DNA of 64,000 bases from assembly GCA_963514005.1 (NCBI GenBank), contig OY740821.1:15438001-15502000 (forward strand), in the 5' to 3' direction. The position numbers and the translations under genes were made by a program. Below, one piece after another: positions 52,001 through 61,435 of the stretch (its first letter is position 1; every line of letters begins with the position of its first letter). Source of the DNA: Raja brachyura (lineage: Eukaryota). Under the pieces are notes generated by a model that was given only the letters and a program-made list of their open reading frames with translations, did not search any database and was not told the origin of the DNA.

Positions 52001-55000
52001 CGTCGTGCTGCTGTGCTTTCTCACGTATCAGGTTGTCCTAGAAATGAAACGAGCACACATTTATACAGGTCTGAGGTGCAGCATGGAAACAGGCCCTTCG
52101 GCCCAACTTGCCCATGCCAACCAACATGCCCCATCTTTCAATTAGTCCCACCTGCCTGTCACAGAAGTGCCAAGATCTCACTGATAATAATGGGCAGCAC
52201 GGTGGCGCAGCGGTAGAGTCGCTGCTTTACAGTGCCTGCAGACCCGGGTTCGATCCCGACTACGGGCGCTGTCTGTATGCAGTTTGTACCTTCTCCCTGT
52301 GACCTGTGTGGGTTTTCTCTGATATCTTCAGTTTCCTCCCACACTCCAAAGACGTAGAGGTTTGTAGATTAATTGGCTTGGTAAGTTCATCCCTAGTGCG
52401 TGTAGGATAGTGTTCATGTGCGGTGATCGCTGGTCGGCGCGGACTCGGTGGGCCAAAGGGCCTGTTTCCACGCTGTGTCTCCAAACTTAACTAAATAAGG
52501 ACACCCATGTCACACTTTAAATGGATCCAAAAGGGTTTCGACCCAAAATATCACCTATGCATGTTCTTCAGAGATGCTGCCTGACCTGCTAAGTCTCTCC
52601 AGCACTTTGTGTTCCTTTACATCGAGTTAAAGTCAGTTCCTACAAGGAATGCAGCTTTGGGTCACATCACACAAGGTTCTCACGGCATTTTGTTTCATTA
52701 TTTAAAACTGGAATTAAAGCTCATTTGGTTTTCAAACAAATTGAGATACCAGCTGGTCAGGTTTTTGTTGAATTTTTCGCCAACAGGAGTAAAGAGGCGT
52801 CTACCTCACAAACGTACCTTTACCACGTACATCAATCTGTTGTAGCAGTTCTCCAAGAAATCCACACAAAATTCCTTCAGGAACAACCTCACATTGAGAG
52901 CAGAGCGTCGCTGGCTCTCCACCTCTACTGCTGCTTGATTCCTCTTTCTAACTTTGCCGACCCGCTTGCCACAATCGTGGGTGTAATTTTTAAACTGAAA
53001 AAATAATAGAAATAAAAACTAAATTGCTTTAATCGTCGGAATCTTCCGTAAAGACGTCATTTAAGTTGCTGTTGTTAACTAATGGGTTCAGCTGCTAAAT
53101 GCAATGACAGTAAAGAGCACAAATATATTGGTAACATATTTACTCACTTTGTGGACTCCCATGTGACTAACAACATCCCTATCTGCAATTGACTTCAAGC
53201 CTTGTATGAGATATGTCCCTCCAAAACGCGAGTGCCTACAATAAATAAAGCAGGCATTCAACAAAAGAAATAAAACCTGCCACTTTAAAAATAATGCAGA
53301 ATGAAGATGATAGCAAGAAACGAGAAAACAACTCAAATGCCCTCCAGTCACGTGTTGCCCCTACTCTGGGCAAGGACCTCCCCCACCGCGCTGTAACCTG
53401 TCATTTCTCACCTGCTCCCCCTTTCAAAGGTTCTTTTTTTCTTTGCAGCCAGCTCTCTCTGCATTAAGATCTCAAGCTCTCTGGACTCTTTCTCTTTCTC
53501 CTGTTTAGTTTTTATTTGCCCTGTACTGGCAAGTTGTTCGGGGTTCTGTTGGACAAATTTCAAAATGATAAATTAATTCACATTTCTCCCACTCGGTTTG
53601 TTAAAACAGAGCTGTATTTTGTTCAGCGTGTGCATCGTGACTGTTGTGTCAGTAGCCAAGGCAAGATCTGCCCAACTAATAGTGGGTACTGCCTAACTCA
53701 AGGTAGATCGGCATGGTGGTACAACGGTAGAGTTGCTGCCTCACTGCGCCAGAGACCTGGGTTTCATCCTGACCACAGGTACTGTCTGTATGGAGTTTCT
53801 ACGTTCTCCCTGGGACCGCGTGGGTTTTCTGCAGGTGCTCCCACACTCCAAAGATGTACAGGTATGTAGGTTAATTGGCTTTGGTATAAATGTAAATTGT
53901 CCTCAGTATGCAGGATAGTGCCAGTATACAGGGTGAACCTTACGGATAGAGGCAATGAAACCACAGCTCACCCGCAGCCTCCAATTCCCATCACAACACT
54001 GCACGGGGAAGGGGAGGATTAAGGGTGCAACAGCATGGGCCACCAGTTCATTGCAGATTAGTACGACGGAGCTTAACTGTTGCCTATTAGTAAACTCCTC
54101 GCCAATCCTCCCACACCCTCGCCCAGACGTGATCCAGCACAAACCTGATTTCTGAACATGAGGGAGACGATCTCCAGTATGTGCATGGCCCATTGTTGCT
54201 CTTCCTGGGAAGCAGCGAGGAACTTAATCAGATCACCCATCCCACTCATGTGCATGGCCCACAACACCTTATCGTGCACGCTGGCATCATCATCAATGTT
54301 CTGCATGAAAATAACATTGGACATGCTTAAAATTACTGACAAAAATTCAACACACAAAAGAAAACCAAATCAAGGTGGTGTGGTTTCAACAAACGTGTTT
54401 GCCAAGTTGCATGAATGGCTATTCTGGTTAAAACAATAGGTCAGCTCAGCCAACTTTGAGCGAGTTGCTCCCAATATTCGTGATCATCTTTGCATTGACC
54501 ATCCTGGGCATCACGACGCAGTATGTGTGACATCCAGGTTACGGTAGTTTGATCCTAGGACTAGGAACGAGCTGCCGGAGGAGGTGGTTGAGGCAGGGAC
54601 TATCCCAACGTTTAAGAAACAATTAAGACAGGTTAATGGATAGGACAGGTTTAGAGGAGACCAACGCGGGCAGATGGGACATGTTGGTTGGTGTGGGCAA
54701 GTTGGGTCGAAGGGCCTTTTCCACCCTGTATGACTCTATGACATGTTACACAAGGAAAATATCATAACTTCCATTTGTGTTCCTCAGACCTTTTGTTTCT
54801 GCATAATCAGATCTCTGGATTACAAGCATTCACTGCAGGTGGCAGCATAAATCAATTGAGTGTCATTTTAATACCACTGCACCCAGCAGCCTTCAAAAGA
54901 TGAGCACAAGTTAAATATCCTAAATCCTCCATGAAAGTTAAACTGAATACTTTTTCCATTAATGACAATATATACAGTACTAATGGGAGTGAACATGACA

Positions 55001-57731
55001 TTGAAAATCAAAAATAAAGCAAAGAATCTTGAAGCTATACAGGAGAACTATTTTTTTCATAACAAACCTTCTCTTCCTCAGGGTCAGAGGGCACATGTAG
55101 AATGTTCCGGAGCAGTAACAAGATCCTTTCAATCAGTAGGTTATCCTCCTCCTGCCTCTGCTCCCAGTCCTGTGACAGAAACGTCATTAAGTGAACAGTA
55201 AAAAAAAACCTTGCAAGCAAACATAATCCTTGTCCCAGTAACACAACAGCAATGCTCGATCACCGGGCACCAGGTTCAAACCGTTAAAGGAATTTTAAAT
55301 AATTTATTGTTTAAGGCAATTCTTTAAGTTAATGAACTATCATAGCATTTCTCTTTTGAATAAATCTATATTTTCACTTACTAGTTGCAGAAGATCATAG
55401 AGTTTTTCACTGAGAATTCCAAACACCTTTTCATTTGCAAAAGCCTAAAATGGAAAGACAGTTGTTTAGTGACTAATGGATATTAGCTCTGCTTAAAAAG
55501 GCACTTTTTCAAAGTACAGTCTACAAATCATTCCAGTGGACGACATTAATTTAACCAAAAATTATACTTCCTGACATTTTTTTAAACCAGAACAAAAAAA
55601 TGTTGAATTAAATTTCTAATGTTATACACTTGCCCATACTAACTCACCATCCTCTTCCAACCCAGCGCCCACACTGGCTCCCAGTCCATCTGTACTCTCC
55701 TCCCCTCCACCCTTTTAGACTGGGTGATCTAGCCATCTGCCTCATCACTTGTTGTGGTGCTAACTGCGGTCTGAAGATCAGCTTCCTTTATTCACTCGCC
55801 TCTTTGTATCCCTGCAGATATGAATCCACTTGCAGAAAGTGATGCCTGGCGGTAGGGTTGGCAGGAACTTTCCCAAAACACAGAAGTGCCGGCTGTGTTA
55901 GATTTACCAACAACCTAGATGAACAGGAGCAACATATCATGCATCAGACCACATTGCAAATGAAAAACAATGACTACAATTGTAACATATCATGAGAACC
56001 TGCATGCAGCAGCTACAAACAAACAAGGCCGTATAGACAGAAATGCCGCCTTGAAGTTGCATGAACCTTAAATTTTGATGATCTTTAGCTCACTCCATCA
56101 ATCACTGTAAGGCCACTCTGACTGATGGAGGAGGATGAAGAGACACGGAATATTTGCAACCTTATCTCCCTCCCTCTATTCCTAGTTCTCAGCCTTGATA
56201 TTAACACCCTCCTGGCGAGAGTTTATATTACTAGCTTGCCCAGACGATCTTTCACGCCACAGCTTCTACCCTCTTCCACCTGTGCCCAGCCTCTTCATCT
56301 CTCTACATTTCCTTTCATTTTTAAGGAACAATGCAGCCTATTGATTTATCAAATTCTAATTTAGAAATATATGACAAGAATTTAAGAAAATAGAAAATGT
56401 GTTTGGCCACAACAGGTTACTTGCTTATCTACCTAAAGCAAAAATTACTCTTTCAGTGAAATTCAAAAGTACTGTTGTTAACACCTTGAAACTGCAATGA
56501 AATGCTGACACTATATGAACATTGACCATGTTGTTCTTTGTGCCAGCTCCACTCTCAACATGATCTTGGACCATTATCCACTTCAGTCCCCTGTTCCTGC
56601 CATTTCCCATGTCCCTTGATCCCTTCACACCAAGAAACACATCTATATCCTTGTTGAAAATATTTTGGTACTTGGTCTGAAGAAGGGTCCCGACCCAAAA
56701 TGTCACCTATTCACGTTCTCCAGGGATGCTACCTGACCAGCTGGGTTACTCCAGCACTTTGTACCTGTCCCTGTTCTCCAGGGATGCTACCTGACCAGCT
56801 GGGTTACTCCAGCACTTTGTACCTATCCCTATTCTCCATAGATGCTGCCTGACCAGCTGAGTTACTCCAGCACTTTGTACCTGTCCCTGTTCTCCGTGGT
56901 GCTGCCTGACCCGCTGAGTTACTCCAGCACTTTGTACCTGTCCACGTTCTCCACCTTCCCAATTCATCACCATTCAGATAATAATCTGTTTTTCTGTTTA
57001 TATAATTTCTGTGTTATATAATTCCTACCTCCCCTGCTTTATAGGCACTTTACAAAAAATGCTCTATTGACCAAAACCGTTTCTAATTTGGTACAAACCT
57101 AATAACTGCTTCATAAAGCATTTTCTCCTGAGGGTACTGTGCAATAATAGGCAACAAATCTTTCTGCAGAATCTGTGTAGCTCCCAGCTGCTGCCGAATG
57201 TCTCTCGTCTCATCCTCGTGTCTTAGGTACCTGATAAGGTCCTTGATGCTTTCTGCAAAACAAAAATGAATCATTCTCACATTTATTCTCCCAGAGAATA
57301 ATCAAACCCGGGTCTCCGGCGCTGTATTCGCTGTAAGGCAGCAACTCTACTGCTGCGCCACCGTGCTACCCTGTGTTTATAGACATTGTGCTGCTGCTGT
57401 AAGTAAAGGGCCTGTCGCCCATATGGTCGTGAGAGGTCACCTATAGTCGTGAGAGGTCTCCAAAGAGTCGTTGCGTCTTTCTGGTCGCCGCTGAATTTTC
57501 AACATGTTGAACATTTTGGCGACCTATGACGGGCGCCTGTAAAGGTCGCGTAAGTGGGACAGGCCTTTAAGAATTTCATTGTTCTGTTTTGGTACATATG
57601 ACAATAAAACAATTTGGACTCTCTCTTGACTCTTACTCACCTAAACAATCAGGCTCTTTGTGATAGTTGTCTCCTTCCAAGTAGCCCATGGCACTGCATG
57701 TTGCTAACAGTTCACAGTTCATTGTGCTCAT
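33893..57731 (-). CDS. timeless: Protein timeless homolog (replication fork protection complex), 29 coding exons, about 1250 aa
   Basis: N-terminus [78 protein letters not shown]-domain PLLWLQNCL and FWRISA; all exon phases consistent. Confidence 0.96.
34270..34975 (+). mobile_element. Degenerate CR1-like LINE reverse-transcriptase fragment
   Basis: [15 protein letters not shown]; [31 protein letters not shown]. Confidence 0.85.
35009..35088 (-). CDS. timeless: timeless coding exon 28
   Basis: [15 protein letters not shown]; ag/gtaaga. Confidence 0.8.
35148..35565 (+). mobile_element. CR1-like LINE 3' fragment
   Basis: gagctataggg..accagagggcat..tggaacgagctgccagagga. Confidence 0.75.
35940..36030 (-). 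CDS. timeless: timeless coding exon 27 (alternative GC donor would end it at 35955)
   Basis: [24 protein letters not shown]; bridges phase 1 to phase 2; low sequence conservation. Confidence 0.65.
36297..36492 (-). CDS. timeless: timeless coding exon 26
   Basis: [30 protein letters not shown]. Confidence 0.88.
37347..37465 (-). CDS. timeless: timeless coding exon 25 (PAB domain)
   Basis: [36 protein letters not shown]. Confidence 0.95.
37998..38066 (-). CDS. timeless: timeless coding exon 24 (PAB domain)
   Basis: [22 protein letters not shown]. Confidence 0.93.
38454..38707. mobile_element. Penelope-terminus fold-back element with internal duplication
   Basis: Same arms; ggaaataggcaacgtttcgggccgaaaccctttggg twice. 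Confidence 0.75.
38880..39090 (-). CDS. timeless: timeless coding exon 23 (acidic linker)
   Basis: [14 protein letters not shown]; donor chosen to give the phase 1 needed by the next exon. Confidence 0.8.
39567..39709 (-). CDS. timeless: timeless coding exon 22
   Basis: [31 protein letters not shown]. Confidence 0.95.
40468..40550 (-). CDS. timeless: timeless coding exon 21
   Basis: [27 protein letters not shown]. Confidence 0.92.
41012..41135 (-). CDS. timeless: timeless coding exon 20
   Basis: [33 protein letters not shown]. Confidence 0.92.
41700..42750 (+). repeat. G-rich minisatellite, about 17-nt unit GGGGGCGGAGAGGGGGGA
   Basis: About 1 kb of nearly pure G/A with one CpG per unit. 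Confidence 0.95.
42813..42901 (-). CDS. timeless: timeless coding exon 19 (start of DNA-binding domain)
   Basis: [21 protein letters not shown]. Confidence 0.9.
43336..43481 (-). CDS. timeless: timeless coding exon 18 (GC donor)
   Basis: [28 protein letters not shown]; AG|gcaagt. Confidence 0.9.
43574..43866 (+). mobile_element. tRNA-derived HE1/V-SINE-like element
   Basis: gggcggcacagtggc..agagacccaggttc..gtctgtgtggagtttgcac..gggccgaagggcctgtttc. Confidence 0.8.
44466..44750. mobile_element. MITE with about 32-bp terminal inverted repeats
   Basis: tgtcccagtgtacgagctcattcaagagctct ... agaattcttgaattagcttgtacagtgggaca; internal palindrome tttttcaacatgttgaaaaa. Confidence 0.7.
45290..45491 (-). 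CDS. timeless: timeless coding exon 17
   Basis: [28 protein letters not shown]. Confidence 0.95.
45878..46155 (-). mobile_element. HE1/V-SINE-like element
   Basis: Reverse complement of the same consensus. Confidence 0.75.
46372..46492 (-). CDS. timeless: timeless coding exon 16
   Basis: acidic stretch then [12 protein letters not shown]. Confidence 0.92.
46579..46676 (-). CDS. timeless: timeless coding exon 15
   Basis: [21 protein letters not shown]. Confidence 0.93.
47438..47589 (-). CDS. timeless: timeless coding exon 14
   Basis: [30 protein letters not shown]. Confidence 0.95.
47940..49390 (-). mobile_element. L1/Tx1-like LINE 3' fragment (ORF2 C-terminus and 3' UTR)
   Basis: [41 protein letters not shown]; SPICDKC zinc knuckle near 48690. 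Confidence 0.75.
49416..49541 (-). CDS. timeless: timeless coding exon 13 (basic, NLS-like)
   Basis: [29 protein letters not shown]. Confidence 0.85.
50216..50385 (-). CDS. timeless: timeless coding exon 12
   Basis: [27 protein letters not shown]. Confidence 0.95.
50682..50785 (-). CDS. timeless: timeless coding exon 11
   Basis: [17 protein letters not shown]. Confidence 0.95.
50995..51282 (+). mobile_element. HE1/V-SINE-like element
   Basis: Same consensus. Confidence 0.75.
51820..52037 (-). CDS. timeless: timeless coding exon 10
   Basis: [28 protein letters not shown]. Confidence 0.95.
52192..52495 (+). mobile_element. tRNA-derived HE1/V-SINE-like element
   Basis: A box ggtggcgcagcgg, B box gggttcgatccc; LINE-like tail. 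Confidence 0.85.
52818..52994 (-). CDS. timeless: timeless coding exon 9
   Basis: [28 protein letters not shown]. Confidence 0.95.
53148..53235 (-). CDS. timeless: timeless coding exon 8
   Basis: [20 protein letters not shown]. Confidence 0.95.
53412..53545 (-). CDS. timeless: timeless coding exon 7
   Basis: [23 protein letters not shown]. Confidence 0.92.
53711..53940 (+). mobile_element. HE1/V-SINE-like element
   Basis: Same consensus. Confidence 0.7.
54145..54300 (-). CDS. timeless: timeless coding exon 6
   Basis: [26 protein letters not shown]. Confidence 0.95.
55068..55169 (-). CDS. timeless: timeless coding exon 5
   Basis: [27 protein letters not shown]. Confidence 0.95.
55382..55444 (-). 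CDS. timeless: timeless coding exon 4
   Basis: [21 protein letters not shown]. Confidence 0.93.
55800..55914 (-). CDS. timeless: timeless coding exon 3 (GC donor)
   Basis: [21 protein letters not shown]|gcgagt. Confidence 0.9.
56674..56952 (+). repeat. Degenerate hammerhead followed by about 58-nt tandem repeat x4
   Basis: ctgaagaagggtcccgacccaaaatgtc then (gttctccagggatgctacctgaccagctgggttactccagcactttgtacctgtccct) x4. Confidence 0.75.
57099..57252 (-). CDS. timeless: timeless coding exon 2
   Basis: [27 protein letters not shown]. Confidence 0.95.
57407..57567. mobile_element. PIF/Harbinger-like MITE with TAA target duplication
   Basis: TAA-agggcctgtc ... gacaggcctt-TAA; internal ttcaacatgttgaa palindrome. 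Confidence 0.7.
57641..57731 (-). CDS. timeless: timeless coding exon 1 (exon extends to 57775 as UTR)
   Basis: [30 protein letters not shown]; donor gtgagt. Confidence 0.92.
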
Positions 57732-58399
57732 ATCTACACTGTGCACTCTTCAGAGCAGCAGAGGGCAGGTGCAACCTGGAACAACTTAAAATCAGGGTGG
57801 GGGGAGAAGCGGGTGAAATTTCTTGGGGAAATTGGGGGAAGGAATGCAGAGAGAACAAAAACACGTTGTACAAAAGAGCACTGTGCAACACAGCCAGGGG
57901 AAGAGAAGGAAATGCAAGGACAAAATCTGAATGTTCTCACACTCCTGCAAATGCAACTTTTAAGTTAGCCAAAAGGTGGTTGGGTAGGGACACACACAAT
58001 ATAATGTATTCTTGGCATCGACAACACACTGTTCCTCCCCAGATATCTTTGTTCAGTCCTGACAGCATTCAGAAATGTCTTGAGGCGTTCTTAGCTGTAA
58101 TCAGCCTGTGGAGTAAACAGAGATTTAATATCCCAAAACAAAAGCAATCACTACCACAGAAGAGGGGCCAATATGCTGCCGCCATCAATCTCTGTCCACA
58201 CCCGACTTCAACCCCAGGCCAGGTTCAATTCCTTCCTTCCCCCCCATACATCTGGCAGTTGCACTGTGTGGACTCGAGCACAGTGACAGAACAAGTAGTT
58301 TTATACAAATTATCAAAAGACCCCACTTCCTCTGACATTGCGCCGGCTGTAGGGCGTGAGGGCCCCGGCTGTTCACAAGTTATACAGACGAGTTGGATG

Positions 58400-58650
58400 A
58401 AGTGGCGCAACTGGTAGAGTGGCTGCCTCATTTGGTGCCAGAGACCCAGGTACAATCTTGACCCCGTGCGCTGTCTGCGTGGAGTTTGCACGTTCTCCCC
58501 GAGACCGTGCGGGTTTGTGGGTTAATAATTGGCTTCTGTAATTTGTCCCGAGTGTGTAGGGAGTGGATGAGAAAGTGGGATAACATGGATCTAGTGTGAA
58601 CGGGTGACCATCGGCTTGGTGGGCCGAAGGGCCTCTTTCCACGCTGGATC
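58400..58650 (+). mobile_element. HE1/V-SINE-like element
   Basis: Same consensus. Confidence 0.7.
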
Positions 58651-59179
58651 TTGACCTAAAAGGTTCTTTATTTCTAAATCACCTTTGATGCTTCCAATTT
58701 TAATTACTTTTAAGAATCTTAACACCAAGATGCTGTTGGGAGTCCCATTTCAGACTGTTAACCATAATATTTCAACAAAAATGTGTTGATGTAACAAAAT
58801 AAAACTAATTATATATAAGAACAGAGAGATGAAACAGTTTCAAGAATTTTTTATTAAAATATAATTCATCTAAGACTAAACTGTCTGCATCTTTGAAAAC
58901 ATTCAAGCCGGCCTCAGCAGGAAAACTAAGCCAGCGGTTTAAGGAAAGGAAGCTAAACATATAGAATAAGATTAATATAGAATAAGAATGTATTTTAAAT
59001 AATAATTAATATTTTCCTCAGACTATTTGTGATTTATCGTGTGTGTGGTAAATAAAACAAGATGTCATGTCGCGATTTATAAACTCACCTGGTCTGTTGG
59101 TCTCAAAAGCCTTTAAATGTTTAAGTGATAAGTATCTTTTCAGTGAAGCTTTGATAAGGGTTTTATTTTAAACTTTAGA

Positions 59180-59880
59180 TGAATTCTATTTTCGCCGCGA
59201 GTCCGGGCGCCGGCGAGCGACTGCGTTTTTCCCGCCAAGTGCCGGGGCCGCCGGACGCGCGCGCGGGGGCGGAGCGGGGAGGGAAGGACTGGCTTAGACA
59301 ATGAAAACACGCACTCACACTCACAAATATCACCCGAGAAAAGCCAACCCACCCGACAATATATATTCCTCCCACCGGTTTACCGAATAACGTCCCATAT
59401 TGAGTTTAAAGGACATCAATTCATCGTCTCTCTGTCTCTTCTCCCCCCCCCCCCACGCCCGGGAGGATTAAAGCAGTCCAGCCGCGCGCTGATCCGCCGT
59501 CGATACAAAATATGATTTGTTTTTAAATAAATAAGCAATATTTCCCTCAGAGTGTTAGTGATTTACCGTGTTTGTCAAGTTTCGTGAGGTGATTTGTGTT
59601 TCGCGAGGGCGGTGAATGGCGTTTAACCCCTTCGGCCCGTCGCCTCCGCTTCCGACCATTTGCTGGCGATCATCTGCCGATAAGAAGTTGGACGTTTGAC
59701 ATTGACAAGGTTTCCATCCGAAGCGTGTTTTCATTGTCGCTTGGTTTGATATTTTGCAAAAATTGCCACCGTGAAAGCTGCTTCCGGGGACAGGAGGAGG
59801 GGAGACGCTTTTGTGAATGGAGTTGGCGGCACTGCCTCGCCGATTATCGCCGTCCTTGCACATCGCCGATGACAATAAAC
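59180..59880. promoter_or_regulatory. CpG island / TIMELESS promoter region with E2F sites and GC boxes
   Basis: CpG-dense; TTTTCCCGCCAA at about 59227, TTTTCGCCGCG at about 59189, GGGGCGGAG at about 59266; candidate minus-strand UTR-exon donors at 59088 (AG|gtgagt) and about 59320. Confidence 0.75.
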
Positions 59881-59889
59881 TCCATTTAA

Positions 59890-60075
59890 TGTTCAAGAAG
59901 GAACTGCAGATGCGGGAAAATCGAAGGTAGACACAAAAGTGCTGGAGAAACTCAGCGGGTGCAGCAGCATCTATGAAGCAAAGGAGATAGGCAAGGTTTC
60001 GGCCCGAAACGTTGCCTATTCCCTTGGCTCCATAGATGCTGCCTCACCCGCTGAGTTTCTCCGGCACTGTTTGTC
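59890..60075. mobile_element. Penelope-terminus fold-back element just upstream of the tRNA
   Basis: Same arms centred on gtttcggcccgaaac. Confidence 0.7.
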
Positions 60076-60146
60076 CATTTTAATGTTTATTTGTGCTTGC
60101 TGCTCGCTTTGTATTATTACTCTATCCCGGCAATTCTTTAATACCA

Positions 60147-60228
60147 GTCACGGTGGCCGAGTGGTTAAGGCGTTGGACTCGAAATCCAATGGGGATTCCC
60201 CGCACAGGTTCGAATCCTGTTCGTGACG
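60147..60228 (+). tRNA. trnaS-CGA: tRNA-Ser(CGA)
   Basis: 82 nt; acceptor stem GTCACGG/TCGTGAC, A box TGGCCGAGTGG, anticodon arm TTGGA-CTCGAAA-TCCAA, variable arm GGGG-ATT-CCCC, B box GGTTCGAATCC, T-run terminator near 60238. Confidence 0.97.
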
Positions 60229-60280
60229 GCGTGTTTCTTTTCGTTATTCGCAATTTTATTCAAACCCAACCAGTCAAAGA

Positions 60281-60597
60281 TCATAGAAACATAGACAACA
60301 GGTGCAGGAGTAGAGGCCATTCGGCCCTTCGAGCCTGCACTGCACCACCATTCAATGTGATCACGGCTGATCATCCAACTCAGTATCCTGTACCTGCCTT
60401 CTCTCCATACCCCCTGATCCCTTTAGCCACAAGGGCCACATCTAACTCCCTCTTAAATATAGCCAATGAACTGGCCTCAACTACCCTCTGTGGCAGAGAG
60501 TTCCAGAGACCCACCACTCTCTGTGTGAAAAAAGTCCTTCTCATCTCAGTCCTAAAAGACTTCCCCCTTACCCTTAAGCTGTGACCCCTTGTTCTGG
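60281..60597 (-). mobile_element. CR1/HER1-like LINE 3' fragment
   Basis: Near identical to 4567-4880. Confidence 0.88.
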
Positions 60598-61399
60598 AAG
60601 TTATAAATATAACTTCTCACACCCTTTCACACACTATCCTACACCGGTTTGATGTTCACAGAGTAAAATGTGTACAACATCATCAATAAAACAGATGAAT
60701 ATTATTACAAAGGTTTATTCATAATAGTTCACAATATAACACAACTTTATTCCATGGACAAAAAAAAACTTCAGTTATAAATGCTTCAGTAATTCTTTTC
60801 ACATCTACCTGTTACCTCCTCTACTTTATCCACAAATGCTGACAAACCCAGCTGTGAATCGAGCATTCTTCACTGTACGATACAATAGAACGTTATCCCA
60901 GGAGTTAAATTGATCTGCCCACAGTCATAAAACATGAGAAACATGAAATTAAATTGATGAGGGGAAAGGAGAAGAGAGTCAGTCTACCCCCATGACAGCA
61001 GGAGATATATTATTACAATAATACTCTTTTTATAAAAATAAGAGAAACTGTTGACAACATTCAGGTGTGGAGGGGAAAAACAGAGTCAACATTTTCTCCA
61101 GATCTGGAAAAAAATGACAAAATAACCTGTTTTAAGTGGGGATCGAAAGGGGAATTGACTCAAGTGACACAATTGCTTCTGGTGGCCGGTGAAATGAATG
61201 CGACTTATAGCTAAAGATAGGCACAAAATACTGGAGTAACACAGGACACGCAGTATCTCTGGAGAGACGGATAATGTTTTGCGTCAAGCAAAGATCTTTG
61301 GCGTCAAGATCCTTCTTCAGACTAATGTCAGGGGAGAGGGAGATACATAGATAAGAAGTGTAAGGTGTGAAAATAGGACAAAGAGAATAGAGATCAAGG

Positions 61400-61435
61400 A
61401 GGTCTGAAGAAGGGTCTCGACCCGAAACGTCGCCT
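61400..61435 (+). ncRNA. Minimal type I hammerhead ribozyme (Penelope-type), intact core
   Basis: AGGT-CTGAAGA-A-GGGTCTCGACCC-GAAAC-GTC-GCCT; helix I 4 bp, helix II GGGT/ACCC, palindromic ACGT helix III; predicted cut after C61431. Confidence 0.7.

Noticed and set aside
52192-52265. tRNA-like sequences at SINE heads
   Set aside because: They have A/B boxes but no full cloverleaf and continue into the SINE body.
57614-58417. 267-aa + strand ORF antisense to the TIMELESS 5' region
   Set aside because: Non-ATG start, no recognisable domain, runs into a SINE.
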